From the human T2T-CHM13v2.0 reference genome, Homo sapiens, in NCBI RefSeq assembly GCF_009914755.1, contig NC_060934.1: a stretch of DNA of 64,000 bases; one strand, written 5' to 3'. Numbering within the stretch: position 1 is the first letter of the stretch; the number at the start of each line of letters is the position of its first letter. Below the pieces are notes generated by a model. The model was not told the origin of the DNA. It saw nothing but the letters and a program-made list of their open reading frames with translations, and searched no databases. The position numbers and the translations under genes were made by a program. Positions 58,331 to 64,000 of this stretch are shown in pieces.

Positions 58331-60595
58331 CTGAAATGAAATGGAAGCCAAGTCATGTTAGATTTATTTTAGAAGAGAACAGCATAACAGAAATTAAACT
58401 GCCTATAAAAGTATGGCTTAAATATTTAACCATGGAAACTAGCTCTGTTGTTGGAAGTGCTCTGCAAGAAGACTCACGTTGGCCTTGGAACTGATACAAG
58501 TCGCACCTTCCCAGAGGGGAGGGAGGAGGGGAGGCAAAGTTTCTGCTGAAACCACAGACACTTCCCTGCTGAAAACAAGACCCCTCCCCTCTGATGTGAC
58601 TTCCTAGTCGAGGCCTGTGCCATTGCTCTGAGCACCACTGGGCTGTTTGAGAGTTCACTGGATTTCTCCTCCTGGGGCTTTTGCCAGTCCTGAGCTCCAT
58701 GAGACTAACAACCATCATCGCCCTGATCCAGCCCTTGCTACCCCTTAGCAAATCTAATCAGAGCCTTTGGTTCCACTGTACATCCCCAAGCCAGCCAGGG
58801 CCTGTAATGAGGTGCTGGTTCCCCTTTGTAACACTTGGGCAGCCCTCATTACCTCTCAAAAGCCTGGAGTAAATGCAGTTGAATGCCCATCAGTTCTTGC
58901 ATAAAAACAAGTTGTACCAAAGTCAGGGTATTTGCAGCCTCCCTGTCACAAGTATGTCTCTAATATCTGCAGTCCTTAGGAACCTACTGAAAGACCCAAC
59001 CCACCTCTGCTTGCAAACTCCTCTTACTGCTCAGGACTTCCACTCCTCCTCCCAACCGTCTCCTGCTCTTGGTCCTTGTCTAACTTTGCTGTATCCTGTG
59101 AACTTTAACTGCACGGTCAATCATTCTCTATATACATCCCCCGCCTTTCCACTTTGTAGCCTTAGCAAAACCTGTTTCTCCACCAGCCTCCTGGTAGAGG
59201 CCACTCTTTTCCCATGCTCCACAGTTCATTGAGTAGGAAGGGTGGGGGGTCAGCCTAGGAGGAAGGGAGGGATGCTCCACGTTCCTCACTGCAGCTTCCA
59301 TCCTTGCCTCAAAGCTGGTTCACCTTTGAGGGTCTCTACGTCTGGTCAAATATATTCTCACCATTGTCATCACTCTCACTTACTTTTCTCCTGGTTACTT
59401 CCCAGCATTTATGAAAGACTTGAGGTGTCTCAGCTCATAGTAATCTCCTGCCCCCAATTTCCTTTCTGAACCCTTAGAGGTTTCAGTGTTTATACAGACA
59501 AGCCATTAAACACCCTCACTTTATATTTCTTAACACCAGTGACTTCCATCTCTGTGTCTCCGTTCATTCCCAATGCCAGGTAGCTACTGTACATCCTCTA
59601 TAACAGCCCTACACATCATTCCTTCATGATCTTCCAATTAGACCTTCTCTGTCTATTCTTGGATACCCTGAGAATCCCAGTTTCTCCCAGCTCATCCGTC
59701 AATGTTTGTCTTTCCTCCCTACCTACCCAGTCTGAAACCCTTGATTGTTTCCTGTATTCATTCAGTTGAAAACATTATTCAGTCATGACAAACACTGGGT
59801 CTTACTCACAGCCACTCCAGCTGCTATTATGTTCCAGCTGGTGCCTAGTGCTCTGTAAGTGGCACTCTGTGCCCCGCTGAGTGGTCCACCATGATCCTCA
59901 TTGTCTTAGCTTCATGAAGCAGGGGGAAAAGGCTTCACCCAAAGGACCTTGTTCCACTTGGCTCTAAGTCCTTCCAGTAAGGGTACCACTGGGTAATAGG
60001 GATTTTGTCCTGAAAACCATTACCAACAGAATGATGATAGTCTAGCATCTTGTCCATCTTGAGAGCTCGGGAGCTCATCTCAGCGTCTAAGCTTTGCACA
60101 AAACTGAGCAAGTCCAGGGCCTATTCAGCTGCCAGCACCTCTCACACCTCTCCACATTGGAGTCAGACAAACGGGACTTTTCTCTCCCCAGCAAGACCAG
60201 GTGAGAAGCAGGGGACCCCAGATTTATAATGAAGAGGACCCTGAAAACTCAGAAGACAACAAATGGGACTCTACTATTCCAGCACATGGGGCTTGAACAT
60301 GACATTCTTGGAATGAACTGGGGAGGGTTAGTTGCTCCCCCGACTGCAGAAAGAGAATCCAGGTATTCTCAAATGTTCTCCCTGGTATCCATCCTCAGTT
60401 CACGGCCTCTCCCTTTACATATTTTTCCCTGGATAATCTTATTCTTCTCATTATTTCAATTACTTATCATGATAATGATGATGCACAAAAATCTCTGGGC
60501 CTTAGGTCAACATCCCACTTTGTGTCCAACTGTCTCCTCAACATCTTATTCCAGAGGAAATTCAGACTCAGCATTTTGTAAAGCTCAAAATGGCT

Positions 60596-61200
<605 letters not shown>

Positions 61201-61693
61201 CTTTTCTTTTTATCTCTCTTATATTACCATGAATATAGACCTCTGAAACTGGTGCCAAACAGCCTCTTCACTGATTCTCTTGTGTTCTGTATTGACCCTT
61301 TCAATTCAGCCTATACATAAATCCTACTAACTATACATATTTCTCCAAGCATGGTCCATGGAGCTCTGGTATTGGCACCAAAACACCAGAGATGTTTGTC
61401 AAAAAGTCAGATAAATGGGTGTTATAACTCAGTCTCTGAGGGTGGGCCAGGGAGGATGCACTTTTAAGATGCTTCTTAATGCATTCTTAGGCACACAAAG
61501 CTTTGAGAGCTCTGGACCTACAGGACCAAGTTCAAGTTTCTCGACACACCTGATTGGAGGGCTTTGTGTACAGATGAATAACACATTAAGCTGGAAGTAA
61601 CTTAGAAAATTATTTAATCATGGCCTCATTATTTCAAGTGTTTTGCAAAAGCTAGTTAAAAGATGCGACTGTCATTCATCCTATAATTGTTAC

Positions 61694-61900
61694 CTGTGGT
61701 GAGTCCTGAAGCTGTAAGTAATTCTGCATGCAGTCTTATGAGCTCAGCTGTTAACACCCACACAGTTATCTTGACCTGCTGATGTGGAGGGGTGTCAATG
61801 ACCCAAGTACAGATGGAAAATGGGACATCTGGGTCTGATGAATTGGGTGATGAAATATTTTGTGGGGTCCAAGTTGCATTGTATGTTCCACCACAAGGCA
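61694..61900 (-). pseudogene. CUBN-like exon 62 (207 nt, +1 frameshift and TAA)
   Basis: Translates [49 protein letters not shown], then an extra base, then [18 protein letters not shown]. Confidence 0.93.
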
Positions 61901-62098
61901 CTGGGAAGAAAAAGCAACACAGGAGACAATTTATTCATGTCTCATCTCAGGCAATCTTTAAAATTCTGTCTTCCTCATCTCCCACCCCAGAGGAGCTATA
62001 TTTTCATCATTCCATTAAGAATTGGGGGTTTATATCCTTGACTAAAAATTGTATCAAATTTTGTACCACAGATTAAACATAGAGTAATTAACATGGTG

Positions 62099-62157
62099 TT
62101 TAGTAATTGACATTGAGTTTAGATAGTAATTGACATTGAGTTTAGTAATTAACATTG
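62099..62157. repeat. Short tandem repeat, 3 copies of about 19-23 bp
   Basis: TAGTAATTGACATTGAGTT occurs three times, the last copy diverged. Confidence 0.85.
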
Positions 62158-62245
62158 AAATTTCAATATAATAAGCAGGGCATTCTTTTCAGTGCCTAAA
62201 TACATGTGTATTTCATAACATATAAAAATGCTTCTATCTACTCAC

Positions 62246-62408
62246 TGTCCATGATGGTGTATGTAGCATTAAATCCTTCCCTTTCTAATGTTAAGTCACT
62301 GATGAATTGAACCATAAGGAAGTTACCAGAAGAGATAAAAGGAGCAGGTACAGTGGAACCACAAAACGTTCCAGCCAAGTTGGCACTTTCACTAACCCCA
62401 TGGTATAA
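62246..62408 (-). pseudogene. CUBN-like exon 61 (163 nt, open)
   Basis: Translates [54 protein letters not shown]; ttttcag| and |gtgagt. Confidence 0.95.
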
Positions 62409-62699
62409 CTGAAAAGAAAAACAATTCATTACTTCTCCATTATTTACAAAAAAGTTGCATCTTTCACACTAAATTGGATGTGAAGTCACAATAGGTCATG
62501 ATTAAACATTTTTACATGGATGTTCTTAGAGGTGGTCTTAATTTAGGAACAGAATTATAATTGGATTGATGATATTATGACTTTCAGTAAAAACCTGGTA
62601 TGATGCCTAACATTTTTTTCCTCTTTGGGAAAGTAACCTATGATTTTAAAAAGAATGTGTCATGAGAGTCTGCTCACCCACTGCTACCTTAACCACTGC

Positions 62700-63760
62700 A
62701 CCCACTAACACTCTGGCCCTAGTTGCTCTGATCTCTTGCCTTGATGATCACTGGAGACTCCCACAAAGCCCCTGATTCTGCTCTTGTTCCTCTTAGTCTA
62801 TTCTCAAAATGTCATCGAGAGGATACTGTTAAAATGTAAGTCAGACCAGGTCATCGCTCTGCTGAAACCCTCCTAACTGCCCATCCACTCAATAGAACAA
62901 GCAAAGCCATCACAATGGCCTTCTCTCCTCCTCTCCCACCCCTGACCTTTCTGATCTCATTTCTTATTGTCTCCACTTTGTTCATTTTGCTTCTTGAGCC
63001 AAACCAGTCATGCTCCTGCTTCTTGGGTATGGCATTTGCTGTTCCCTTTGCCTGGAATGCTCTTCCCTGTATATCCACATCGTTTGTCTTCCTACATTTC
63101 TTCAGGTCTTTACTCAGACATCCCCAAATTGGCTGGCGTGATGGTACATGCCTGTAATCCCAGCTACTCAGGAGACTGAGGCAGGATAATCACTTGAATC
63201 TAGGAGGTGGAGGTTACAGCGAGCTGAGATCGTTTCACTGCACTCCAGCCTGAGTGATGGAGCAAGACTGTCTCCAAAAAAAAAAAAAAAAGATAGCCCC
63301 AACTCAATACGGCCTTCCTTGTGTAAACTCTCCCAACATTCCCATCTCCTTTCCTGCTTGACTTTTCTCCACAGCAAGTATTACCTTCTTCTACATACTA
63401 CATATTTAACTTTTTTTTTTTTTGGAGACAAGGTCTCACTCTGTTGTCCAGGCTGGAGTGCAGTGCTACAATCATAGTTCACTGCAGCCTTGAACTTCTG
63501 GGCTCAAGTGATCCTCCCACCTCAGCCTCCTAAGTACTGGGACTACAGGTGCATGCCACTATGCATAGCTAATAAAAAAAATTTTAGAGATGTGGTCTTG
63601 TTATGTTGCCCAGGCTAACTTGTTTATTTCATTGTCTTTCCCGCTGAAGAGAATACAAGTTCCATGAATGCACAGATTTCTGTTCTGCTCACTGCCATGT
63701 TCCCAGTTTTTAGGTGTCTGCACATGAGAGGCACTCAATAAATATCTAATAAATAAATAA
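62700..63760. mobile_element. L2 remnants with nested Alu fragments (63130-63291 +, 63411-63617 -)
   Basis: GCATTTGCTGTTCCCTTTGCCTGGAATGCTCTTCCC and GCACTCAATAAATATCT L2 motifs. Confidence 0.7.
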
Positions 63761-64000
63761 ACAAGTGCTTTGATTCCTCTCTTCCACAAGCCCTCCCAAA
63801 ACTGTTCTCCCTGAGACTTCTTTACCTCAGTGTTTCAAGCCTACAACTTCAGTCATCTCTGATTCCTCTCTCTTCACTCCACATCCACTCCATTCTACCT
63901 TCAAAACATATCTCAGAGGGCTCCATCTCCAGGTGACCACCATTGTTCTTCACCTGTTCCCACTGAAACATCTTCTTAATAGAACTAATTCCGGAGCAGC

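Noticed and set aside
62099-62157. Three short repeats superficially like a CRISPR array
   Set aside because: No unique spacers and a eukaryotic intron context; a simple tandem repeat.

Overview
Primate genomic DNA, most likely human. It is Alu/L1-rich and contains no intact protein-coding gene. It reads as a three-part segmental-duplication mosaic. (1) 1-22.9 kb: the 5' half (exons 1-6, minus strand) of an unprocessed ANKRD30A/B-family ankyrin-repeat pseudogene. It has a destroyed exon-1 splice donor, two frameshifts and two nonsense codons, an intronic U6 pseudogene and a solo ERVK LTR. Its upstream GC-rich block is duplicated about 6.45 kb further along. (2) 22.9-45.4 kb: a middle block cut at both ends inside MaLR elements, holding a near full-length ancient L1MD and an orphan CpG-island promoter (NF-Y/E2F/NRF1-like motifs and a strong minus-strand first-exon donor). 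(3) 45.4-64 kb: the last seven exons and 3' UTR (minus strand) of an unprocessed cubilin (CUBN) pseudogene, with an intronic RPL4 retrocopy and a strong CTCF motif. From memory, not checked, this arrangement fits human 10q11.21 (ANKRD30BP3/CUBNP2). I cannot demonstrate a new biological system from sequence alone. The best leads are the orphan promoter possibly driving or splicing into the ANKRD30 pseudogene, and a 123-aa read-through ORF created by the dead exon-1 donor. Reference exon lengths, parent peptides and repeat consensus sequences cited below are recalled, not looked up.
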